Source: Candidatus Thorarchaeota archaeon
GTDB lineage: Archaea; Asgardarchaeota; Thorarchaeia; Thorarchaeales; Thorarchaeaceae
Assembly (NCBI GenBank): GCA_029856425.1
Contig: JAHQWZ010000001.1
Span: forward strand, 1 to 47,989
Length of the DNA stretch: 47,989 bases
Reading direction: 5' to 3'
Both the position numbers and the translations under genes were made by a program. The notes under the pieces are model-generated. The model did no database searches, was not told where the DNA came from, and saw only the letters and a list, made by a program, of their open reading frames with translations. How positions within the stretch are numbered: the first letter of the stretch is position 1; each line of letters starts with the position of its first letter. This document shows positions 8,969 through 16,363 of this stretch, piece after piece.

Positions 8969-10276
8969 TTAGGAATCTATTCCTCTATGTCGCTTGAATT
9001 GGTTTCTATCCTTCACCGGATCATCAGCTTTTAGAAGTGCAAAGAACGCCGCTATGAGGATAATTGATGCCACCACGAAAGGGAGCATCCCGATTAGACC
9101 GGAGTGGGACGCTCCAACTACAGGGGTGGCAGTTAAGTCTGCTATGAAACCAAGTAGAAGAGGTCCCACCACGAAACCGAAGTCACTGATCATACGATAG
9201 AGTCCCATAGATATCTCCAGCTTGTCCTGCGGCGACAAATCAGTCACATATGCCGCACTAGGTCCTGAGAAACCAATCACTGCTCCATATACTGCCAAGG
9301 CAACTGATAATGTAAACAAGTCTGTAGAAATGGGGATTAGTAGAGTAATTCCTGCAGTTAAAACTAGACATAATGCTAGGGGAACTTTTCTTCCTATTTT
9401 GTCAGAAACACTTCCCATGGGTGTCATTGTAAGTGCAGTTGTTATTCCTCCAATAGTCAGAACGAAACCAATAGCGCTTGAATCCAGACCTAGATTATTA
9501 GCAGCAAATAGTGGTACTAGTGTAGTCCTTACACCAGTACGTAGTAGGAACATCGTGAAGACTGCGAAGGTCACTAAAAGGAACGAGGGATTGGATAGGA
9601 CTTGCCGCATGTCACGCATAATTCCCCCTAGGGAAAGGGGGGTTGTCATATTCCCAGAATTTGTTAATTTGGGTAAAGCAAATGTTGGAATAACACCCAA
9701 GCCTGTGATTATTGCGTAGGCGAAAAAGGGTGCACGGATATCATAATTGTCGGCAATAATGCCACCAAATGTAGGTCCAAAAATGGCTCCGAGAAGTAAC
9801 ATGCCCATGTAAAGACTCATCCACTGTCCTCTTTTCTCTTCTCCAGAAATTTGAGCAAGGAAAACTGTTGCTGTGGTAACATACAGAGCTGAACCTGCGC
9901 CCTCGATCATCCGAGCCATTACAAGAGTAATATAGTTAGGAGCGAAACCGGCTAGTACAGATGAAGTCGAGATGAGAACTAGGCCTGACACCATGATCTT
10001 CTTCTTATCAAATCTCCTCGATAACAGTCCTGCAGGTAAATCGAGAACCATTCGTGTAACTGCAAAGGATGAAACTACGAAACCAACGAGAGTATATGAA
10101 ACCTGAAAGCTCTCTGCATAGGTGGGGAGAATTGGAGCGACCATGCTTAAACCAAGAAGCACTAGGAATGTCACCAAAGAGAGATTCAGAACTGTGAGTA
10201 CACTCCCTTCATGAATTGAATTTGGAGTACTTCTCTCATCCAGTTCTTTATGCTTTTCTGCCATCTTGAATGACAC
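8969..10276 (-). CDS. MFS transporter
   Basis: 12 predicted TM helices. GLLSRRFDKKKIM resembles MFS motif A between TM2 and TM3. Confidence 0.8.
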   Translation of the reverse strand: MSFKMAEKHKELDERSTPNSIHEGSVLTVLNLSLVTFLVLLGLSMVAPILPTYAESFQVSYTLVGFVVSSFAVTRMVLDLPAGLLSRRFDKKKIMVSGLVLISTSSVLAGFAPNYITLVMARMIEGAGSALYVTTATVFLAQISGEEKRGQWMSLYMGMLLLGAIFGPTFGGIIADNYDIRAPFFAYAIITGLGVIPTFALPKLTNSGNMTTPLSLGGIMRDMRQVLSNPSFLLVTFAVFTMFLLRTGVRTTLVPLFAANNLGLDSSAIGFVLTIGGITTALTMTPMGSVSDKIGRKVPLALCLVLTAGITLLIPISTDLFTLSVALAVYGAVIGFSGPSAAYVTDLSPQDKLEISMGLYRMISDFGFVVGPLLLGFIADLTATPVVGASHSGLIGMLPFVVASIILIAAFFALLKADDPVKDRNQFKRHRGIDS

Positions 10277-10464
10277 TCCTTGGTAGCATGGGCCCTAGTT
10301 ATGTGGCTAAAGTACTTTCAGATTGAACCACGCAGTCATTATGGTCAGAATATATGGTCCCGCAAAGCAGAGAAACATAGAGGCGTGGGCGATGGCGTGA
10401 AATCTCTAATGTTCGCCGTTGAACATGCAAATCCCTTATTTGCTATCAGATGGCAGTCAATAAC

Positions 10465-10722
10465 ATGATTGAAGTCTTAATCTATGGCAATATCCGAGAG
10501 CGAGTTAAGGCCAACCATCCTAATGCCAATGCCATTCTGCTATGCGAGTACATTGAAGGAGAGCATCTTCAGGATTTATTGGGTCGATTGGGATTGAAGC
10601 TGGCTGATGTTGGAAATTGCTATGTCAACAATGCTCTAGCAAACCCCAACTATATGATTCATGACCGCGATACTATTGAACTCAATCAACCTGGTCATTT
10701 AGCAAAAGAGGGGTTCAATTAG
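10465..10722 (+). CDS. ThiS/MoaD-like beta-grasp (ubiquitin-like) small protein without C-terminal GG
   Basis: MIEVLIYGNIRE ... VNNALANPNYMIHDRDTIELNQPG follows the ThiS/MoaD pattern (vN..v.....l.dgD.iEl). The tail HLAKEGFN replaces the GG terminus. Alternative start at 10450. Confidence 0.4.
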   Translation: MIEVLIYGNIRERVKANHPNANAILLCEYIEGEHLQDLLGRLGLKLADVGNCYVNNALANPNYMIHDRDTIELNQPGHLAKEGFN

Positions 10723-10808
10723 TCACGCAAGGCAGTCTATTCATCCTAAAATTTAGTGAGGCGATCTCGTGCATGGAAGACCTGTGATTGGTATCTTCCA
10801 CTTCTCAA

Positions 10809-11039
10809 TCAGATTGCAATACAGGTTTCTGTTCTGGTTATACCCTTTATCCTGTGGATGCGGTCTAGGAATGGGCGCAAGTCATTCGCTGTGTTCAGTT
10901 CTGCATATGCAATTACATCAAATGTTCCAATTACGACCTTCACATTCTTGATCCCATCAATCCCCTCGATTTCTTGGCAGATTTCCCATATTTCCTTTCC
11001 AACTGCCTGTATCAGCACACTTATTCTAAGACTCTTCAT
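10809..11039 (-). CDS. stand-alone Lrp/AsnC ligand-binding (RAM) domain protein
   Basis: 76 aa: ISVLIQAVGKEIWEICQEIEGIDGIKNVKVVIGTFDVIAYAEL ... IHRIKGITRTETCIAI. This is a beta-alpha-beta-beta-alpha-beta RAM pattern with no HTH. Confidence 0.7.
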   Translation of the reverse strand: MKSLRISVLIQAVGKEIWEICQEIEGIDGIKNVKVVIGTFDVIAYAELNTANDLRPFLDRIHRIKGITRTETCIAI

Positions 11040-11085
11040 TATCTATATCCCTCTGTTCATGTGCCCATAATACTTGGAGCAGTCT

Positions 11086-11105
11086 TTATGAATTAACATT
11101 CATAA
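11086..11105. promoter_or_regulatory. palindromic operator TTATGAAT-TAAC-ATTCATAA (site 1)
   Basis: Perfect 8-bp arms with a 4-nt spacer, 47 nt upstream of the RAM-domain gene start (11039, minus). Confidence 0.6.
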
Positions 11106-11121
11106 TGTATGACTAGGACTT

Positions 11122-11141
11122 TTATGAATTTTGATTCATAA
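11122..11141. promoter_or_regulatory. palindromic operator TTATGAAT-TTTG-ATTCATAA (site 2)
   Basis: Arms identical to site 1. Centre-to-centre distance is 36 bp. Confidence 0.6.
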
Positions 11142-11217
11142 TTCAATTGGGTGAAAGAGAATTGGGTTTCCACGCCGGAAGCCGCATATCTCCTAAAATA
11201 TATCTTCACAAAGATAA

Positions 11218-11433
11218 TCAGTCAGACAGGTTTATTCTGGAGAAAGCAGCTCTTGATGTTCGAAATCTAGTATAATCCCCGTTCATGAAATGGCGCAAAT
11301 CATCGAAAAGGAACTTCACCCAGTTGTACACCTCCCTACTATGATTGAGATAGGTGGAGAGGTCAAGAGGACAGAATCTAGCTTGTAGCCTTACATTGAA
11401 GATGCCTCTTATCAGCTTCTGGGGGCTCATCAT
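11218..11433 (-). CDS. hypothetical small protein
   Basis: ORF only. No recognisable motif or SD. Confidence 0.25.
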   Translation of the reverse strand: MMSPQKLIRGIFNVRLQARFCPLDLSTYLNHSREVYNWVKFLFDDLRHFMNGDYTRFRTSRAAFSRINLSD

Positions 11434-11483
11434 ACATGTTGATTATGCAAAGAGAGATATGAAGCGAAGGCAGTAGGCGATGT

Positions 11484-12017
11484 ATGTCATCTTATCCAAC
11501 TAATACTCGCATATTGGAGTTACTCGTCGGTCTAACACTAGTCATATTGGGTTCATGGGCAATACTAGATGGAACACTCGCAGAGGGCATAATTCTCCTT
11601 ATCTTTTCAATTGGCCTTTTTCTCATTGGACTTGCTAGAATTGTGAAGGGCGCAACTATAACGAGTCTCAAGCAAACAAGCAGAGTAATACATATAGTCA
11701 CAGGCTTTCTGACTATTGTCCTTGCCTCCGTAGTTTTGGTATTTCCAGCGTTCGGCACCAATCTATTAATCTCAGTTGTGGCATTAGGGCTTTTCTTCAC
11801 AGGAATTGCCAGAATCCTCATCTTCTACAGTGAATCTGAGATGAGTTTGAAGACACGCGCATTTCATCTAATTGTTGGAGCAATTGGGACTGCAATACCT
11901 ATTCTAATCTTAATTGTCCCCGGTCTGGGCTTTCTCACACTTGTCCTATTCGCTTCAATTGCTTTCATCATAGTGGGAGCCGCACGCATTGTTAGTGGGG
12001 TTTTTGGTGAGTTCTAA
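11484..12017 (+). CDS. DUF308/HdeD-like membrane protein
   Basis: Six TM helices with repeated G..xI..G...I units, ending GAARIVSGVFGEF. Paralogue of 12820..13362. Confidence 0.65.
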   Translation: MSSYPTNTRILELLVGLTLVILGSWAILDGTLAEGIILLIFSIGLFLIGLARIVKGATITSLKQTSRVIHIVTGFLTIVLASVVLVFPAFGTNLLISVVALGLFFTGIARILIFYSESEMSLKTRAFHLIVGAIGTAIPILILIVPGLGFLTLVLFASIAFIIVGAARIVSGVFGEF

Positions 12018-12201
12018 TTATCGTGATACAAATAGATTGAGAAGTGTTTCAGCAATCAGATGGCTCCTGACTTTCAATTTCCAAATATCTTCGAAGACGG
12101 CTTCAAAAGATATCTGACCTATTCATGCGCTTGCTGCAAAAGGGAAGGAAATCTGGACAGAGTGATACTCTTCCAGAAATCCTTTTTCAAGGCAAGTGTA
12201 G

Positions 12202-12783
12202 CTAAATTGCCACCGTTTTTGACTTCTTTTTATCCCAGCCTAACTTCTTTGCCTTCTTGAAGGCAGAGCTCGCCTCATCGTATCGACCCAATATCCACAG
12301 GGCAAGTCGAAGCTGATTCCATAGCTCGGGATCATTTGGCTTCTTTTCAAGCTCGACCGATAGTCCCTTTTCCATTCTTCCGTATCTTTCAATCTCTCTT
12401 TGACTTGCTACCTGAGCCGCCCTGAGAACTCCGCTTACGAACTCTCCAGGGCGTTCTAGAACATAGGATTGAAATTCCATGGGTGTTTCTTTGAGAAATG
12501 AGCTGATCGTAGCTCCAGGTGTGTCCTTCTCCCGCCGAAGGTCGCCGTCTAATAATCGACGCTCATAATCACTTTGCATGAAATTGAGAAGTTCCTCCAA
12601 ATGGACTACAACTGGATCATTCTCACCAAGATTCTCGTTAGCCCTCTGCCACTCATAGTATACTACTTCAGTACCAATTGTGTATAAACCGCTAGGCGTT
12701 AGATTCATTTTCTTCAAGTCATTAAGGAGAGTCCTCACAGTATAGATATCTCTGATAGGAATTTTACGGCTCATTTCATTCAT
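12202..12783 (-). CDS. hypothetical protein with TPR-like C-terminal helix pair
   Basis: C-terminus reads PELWNQLRLALWILGRYDEASSAFKKAKKLG, which is TPR-like. The N-terminal domain is unassigned. Confidence 0.5.
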   Translation of the reverse strand: MNEMSRKIPIRDIYTVRTLLNDLKKMNLTPSGLYTIGTEVVYYEWQRANENLGENDPVVVHLEELLNFMQSDYERRLLDGDLRREKDTPGATISSFLKETPMEFQSYVLERPGEFVSGVLRAAQVASQREIERYGRMEKGLSVELEKKPNDPELWNQLRLALWILGRYDEASSAFKKAKKLGWDKKKSKTVAI

Positions 12784-12819
12784 CTCATTTCAAATCAGTA
12801 CAATCACTACAAAGCACTT

Positions 12820-13362
12820 CTATCTCAGCTCTCCAGTTATCCCACTCACAATTCGAATGATTCCCACGGTTATCATCGCAGCAGACAGTAGTAGAATCAG
12901 GGTATAGAAGCCTAGGCCTGGAAATACTGCTGCTAGGAACCCGAAGCTGAATGCGATAATACCTCCACCTATGTAGAGAGCTCTAGCCCATGTGGCCATT
13001 CCCTTCTCCAAATGACCTACTACTATTCTTGACATTCCCATTAGCATGATTGCAAAGGTCACCATTGTAACCAAGAATGTGATTGCGAGGTCAGGAAATA
13101 GAATCACACCCATTGATAGCACCGTTGCTAAAACGCCTACAGTTCCTTTGGTAATACGGGCTCTAGTGTCAAGTCGCTTCATGAATATGGTCTTAATAAT
13201 CCTGACGAATCCCACAACTGCCAAAGCAATTGCAATCGTCAAGACTATGGTTCGTTGTGCCAAGGAGGGGTCCAAGACAATCCACAAGCTCACCGCAACT
13301 ATAACAAGCCCTATCACTAAATCAAGGCCTCTTGACCAGCTTGGATAATACTCAGAAGACAT
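12820..13362 (-). CDS. DUF308/HdeD-like membrane protein (paralogue)
   Basis: Same six-TM architecture, ending GIIRIVSGITGELR. Confidence 0.65.
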   Translation of the reverse strand: MSSEYYPSWSRGLDLVIGLVIVAVSLWIVLDPSLAQRTIVLTIAIALAVVGFVRIIKTIFMKRLDTRARITKGTVGVLATVLSMGVILFPDLAITFLVTMVTFAIMLMGMSRIVVGHLEKGMATWARALYIGGGIIAFSFGFLAAVFPGLGFYTLILLLSAAMITVGIIRIVSGITGELR

Positions 13363-13447
13363 ATTTCATCACTGGCAACACTTCATAATGAGGATTTTGT
13401 CTTGCCATTTCCTCAGGTCATTCTGCAGTCTAGTTTCACAGGACAAA

Positions 13448-13885
13448 CTATGAGACCTCCTCTTGCCCTTCATATTGATTTAGTCCTATTAGGAACTCAA
13501 ATGGATCTCCATCCACCATTTCCGCTGACAACCGAAGAGCGAATATATCATGTTGCATTGGTGCGAAATTCAGTTCAACATCACCTGATATCAGTACTCT
13601 CTTCAAGCTCATGTGGGGCGGCCATTGACCAGTCCTTTGGATGTAGTCCATAGCACGATTTGACAGAATCTCGCTGGCAATTCTTTTGTTTATTCTAACT
13701 AGGCCTTTTTCACTTACGATGCCGAAGGAAGTGTTACTATCGCTCATTCCGCGTTTGGAAATTGTGTTTGTCTTTCTCAAGATAATTGAGTTGATAGAAG
13801 CGCGTTTCTTGACTCGTTCAACAGCGAAAGTATCGGCATCTATCGAGTATGCTCGACCAAAATCAATCTCCACCCAATCTACCAT
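13448..13885 (-). CDS. hypothetical protein; paralogue of the N-terminal domain of the zf-PARP protein
   Basis: MVDWVEIDF..VKKRA..SFGIVSEKGLV..AMDYI..WPPHMSLKRVLISGDVE aligns by eye with IVDWVAIES..VKKRA..SLGIVGETGIV..ALDYM..WPPFTSMKRVLNSGDVE of 14423..15181. Confidence 0.6.
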   Translation of the reverse strand: MVDWVEIDFGRAYSIDADTFAVERVKKRASINSIILRKTNTISKRGMSDSNTSFGIVSEKGLVRINKRIASEILSNRAMDYIQRTGQWPPHMSLKRVLISGDVELNFAPMQHDIFALRLSAEMVDGDPFEFLIGLNQYEGQEEVS

Positions 13886-13977
13886 TGATTTGCACTCTCT
13901 GCCTTCTTGCCAAGTATTACAGATACTTCGCTATTCTCAGTATATAATCTGGGGGATTGATTTCAAGGAATCCCAAT

Positions 13978-14400
13978 CTAGTCTATCCTGACCTTGTACC
14001 CCTTGCCTTCCTTCGTGTCAGTAGTCTTTAGCGTGATTTCTAGAATTCCATTGTTGAAACTAGCTTTGACCTTTGTAGGCTCAATTTCCTTCGAAAGGGA
14101 GAAAATTCTCTTATACTTCCGGGTTTCACTCTCAGCTACAATAATCAGAGTCGACCTGGTGACCGTGATTTCTATCTCATCTTTGCTAACGCCCGGTAGC
14201 TCAAATGTCACTATGGTGTCACCGGTCTTTTCGTCAACTCTCATCTCAGATAGCGGAGTTCGAAAACCTTCCTCCAGTCTTTTTGTCCATTCCAATGGAT
14301 ATCTCATCATTGACCTGAATGCTCTTTCTAAATCTGACAGACCAAATACATCGAATGGATTTCGTCTTTCAACAATGTCTCTTTTCTCGTCATCACTCAT
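13978..14400 (-). CDS. hsp20: Hsp20/alpha-crystallin small heat-shock protein
   Basis: IVTFELPGVSKDEIEITV ... FNNGILEITL is an alpha-crystallin domain. Start chosen at 14400 (MSDDEKRD) because GGAGGGGG lies upstream. Confidence 0.85.
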   Translation of the reverse strand: MSDDEKRDIVERRNPFDVFGLSDLERAFRSMMRYPLEWTKRLEEGFRTPLSEMRVDEKTGDTIVTFELPGVSKDEIEITVTRSTLIIVAESETRKYKRIFSLSKEIEPTKVKASFNNGILEITLKTTDTKEGKGYKVRID

Positions 14401-14422
14401 TGATTGTTCCCCCTCCGGGTTC

Positions 14423-15181
14423 CTAATTTGCAAGAAGCCGTTTCAGCCGCTGTCTATCTTCTGATTTGAGAAAATCATATCCATCCAGCTTTTCGATTTC
14501 AGATGCGTCTATCCTTTTCGCAACACATCTTGGATGGTGCCATCTGTAAGAGAGCTTTTCTTCATAGAAATAGGGTTCACCTATTCGTAGTCTACGCTCC
14601 AAAATAACATCTTTGCACGTGCGGCATTTTGACCTTCCAGATTTAGCAGTTTCAACTTTCCATAATGGTTCTTTTGGTGTTTCATGTTTCTTTAACCGAC
14701 TTAGAAAATCGCTTGGATCTTCCCCAACCATCTCTTTAGTCAATGGGAGTACAAAGGAGTCATACTCAGTGGGCTCATAGTAGACCTCCACGTCTCCCGA
14801 ATTTAGGACTCTTTTCATTGAAGTGAATGGCGGCCATCTCTTCTTCCAGCGCATGTAATCAAGAGCCTGTTTGGCAAGTGTATCACTTGCATCTTTCTTT
14901 TTTAACGCGACTATTCCCGTTTCTCCAACTATGCCCAATGAAGACTTGACATATGTTCTCTCTTCATCATCAAGCGTTTCCCTGCTCTTCAACACAATGA
15001 CTGTGCCAACAGGAGCACGTTTCTTCACATGCTTGAAGCTGAAGGATTCTGGGTCTACCCAGTATGCCCACTCGGATTCAATAGCAACCCAATCCACTAT
15101 TCCCATGTTTTGTTGATTTCCTTTAGGTCGAGAATGGTTTACACTTCCCTTCAGCACGTCGTCCACCCATATTGCATACAA
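14423..15181 (-). CDS. unknown N-terminal domain fused to a C-terminal PARP-type zinc finger
   Basis: C-terminus AKSGRSKCRTCKDVILERRLRIG...YRWHHPRCV...LDGYDFLKSEDRQRL gives CX2C-X26-HX2C. By homology with the paralogue, the start may instead be MGIVDW at 15106. Confidence 0.7.
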   Translation of the reverse strand: MYAIWVDDVLKGSVNHSRPKGNQQNMGIVDWVAIESEWAYWVDPESFSFKHVKKRAPVGTVIVLKSRETLDDEERTYVKSSLGIVGETGIVALKKKDASDTLAKQALDYMRWKKRWPPFTSMKRVLNSGDVEVYYEPTEYDSFVLPLTKEMVGEDPSDFLSRLKKHETPKEPLWKVETAKSGRSKCRTCKDVILERRLRIGEPYFYEEKLSYRWHHPRCVAKRIDASEIEKLDGYDFLKSEDRQRLKRLLAN

Positions 15182-15201
15182 TTGTATTCATACGTATGCA
15201 A
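15172..15201. promoter_or_regulatory. nested palindromes TTGCATACAATTGTA / CATACGTATG (outer arms TTGCATAC...GTATGCAA)
   Basis: Read directly. Lies just downstream, in the minus sense, of the TATA-like TTATAAAT at 15217-15224, at the head of the zf-PARP/hsp20 genes. Confidence 0.5.
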
Positions 15202-15294
15202 AATGTAATCAAATAGTTATAAATCTGTTTACAGACTATTTGGTGGCCGCTGTCTTTACAATGCCTGAATTTACAGAGATAATACTCAGGAACC

Positions 15295-15465
15295 TCAAGA
15301 AGACCTCCGATTGTTAGCCCTATCAATTTCCTCATGATGATCGAGATGAGATCGTATTGCTTCTCTCACAAAGGAGGCAAAGCCCTTCCAGGATTCTTTC
15401 TTCTCCAAATTCTCAAAACGATTCTTTAGTTCTTTTGGCACTCTAATCATAATGTCGCTAGTCAT
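15295..15465 (-). CDS. ribbon-helix-helix (CopG/Arc/MetJ-type) DNA-binding protein
   Basis: MTSDIMIRVPKELKNRFENL ... SFVREAIRSHL is an RHH pattern. The internal start at 15465 has AGGAAG 8 nt upstream. Confidence 0.65.
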   Translation of the reverse strand: MTSDIMIRVPKELKNRFENLEKKESWKGFASFVREAIRSHLDHHEEIDRANNRRSS

Positions 15466-15496
15466 ACGGTCAGCTTCCTTAGATTCATATACCGAT

Positions 15497-15545
15497 TTGC
15501 ATACAATTGTAGATATATTTATATACATTTTGTTTACATACGTAT
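15497..15545. promoter_or_regulatory. second copy of TTGCATACAATTGTA plus an ATACGTAT palindrome flanking a TATA-like box
   Basis: 15497-15511 is identical to 15172-15186. ATATATTTATATA is at 15513-15525 and ATACGTAT at 15538-15545. Upstream of the RHH gene, divergent from 15586..15960. Confidence 0.5.
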
Positions 15546-15585
15546 ACATTGGTTCTGATGACTTCATAGTCAGAGCCAGATTGAG

Positions 15586-15960
15586 GTGAATTCTACATTG
15601 CCATTGAGATTCCTAACAAGACTGAGAAAGGGTGCCGGTCATTACAATGTATTCTATGTGCCGAGATATGTTAAGGAGTTCTATGGTCTCAGGACCGGGA
15701 GCTATAAGGGTGGAGTTACTTTGAAGGATGGTACAACGGCGGGCTATAGGATTAGCCTATCACCACATAGGAATACCTTTCGGGGTCGTGTTCCAGAGTC
15801 AGCAGGTTTTCCTGGAAGCATTGTTGAGGTATGGATGTACCCACACACATGGATGCAATCTATCAACATACCGATTCAATCTCTTGAAATTAGATCCGAA
15901 GGGCCAATACCGAGCTTTGCATATCCTGATACATTCAGAACAAATTACAGGCAAAGATGA
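15586..15960 (+). CDS. hypothetical protein
   Basis: ORF with a GTG start (or in-frame TTG at 15598, preceded by GAGGTGA). No confident family assignment. Confidence 0.35.
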   Translation: MNSTLPLRFLTRLRKGAGHYNVFYVPRYVKEFYGLRTGSYKGGVTLKDGTTAGYRISLSPHRNTFRGRVPESAGFPGSIVEVWMYPHTWMQSINIPIQSLEIRSEGPIPSFAYPDTFRTNYRQR

Positions 15961-16009
15961 GTACCCATAACGCATTCTCGATTAGTAAAGCCAAGGGGGG
16001 AAATGCAAG

Positions 16010-16222
16010 ATGAGCACAGTCACGACGCGAAGGAGGACAGTCCCTGTCAAGGAAACACGTGAAAGGGAAAGCATGAGTCAACGGAAGCGGGGGCCAAAAA
16101 ATCGCACGACGAATCAAATGACTGCTGAGGAATTCTTCTCATACTACACACTGGTGGTTATTATCTTCCTATTCCTCACAATCATCTGCACATGTATGCT
16201 GGGAGGAGGCGCCTCAATTTAG
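16010..16222 (+). CDS. hypothetical small protein with basic N-terminus and one C-terminal TM helix
   Basis: ORF only. G-rich SD-like stretch upstream. YTLVVIIFLFLTIICTCML is a TM segment. Confidence 0.3.
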   Translation: MSTVTTRRRTVPVKETRERESMSQRKRGPKNRTTNQMTAEEFFSYYTLVVIIFLFLTIICTCMLGGGASI

Positions 16223-16363
16223 TACCGAATCAAAGCGAGTCAATGATTGAATAATCTGTAGACGCCTCCAGCTATCATATGAGGAGTTCCTCTCATTCTA
16301 TTCATCAGGACAAGCTAAAGGATACGAAACACTAAACCATCCCTGATAAGTAATAAGCGGGAA

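Noticed and set aside
8498-8997. Hydrophobic ORF fragments in three different plus-strand frames (8498-8590, 8599-8997, 8687-8905). Considered as a frameshifted membrane-protein pseudogene.
   Set aside because: I recognised no family motif and no SD sites. Part of the region overlaps the 3' end of the MFS gene on the other strand. The evidence is insufficient to call a feature.
13994-14464. Long antisense ORFs opposite well-supported genes, for example 13994..14464 (+) opposite hsp20, 956..1312 (-), 5885..6382 (-), 9222..9719 (+), 20432..20755 (+), 27717..28139 (+) and 38982..39305 (-).
   Set aside because: They are shadow frames of genes with clear family motifs on the other strand. Their composition is Ser/Arg/Leu-rich and they have no SD sites.
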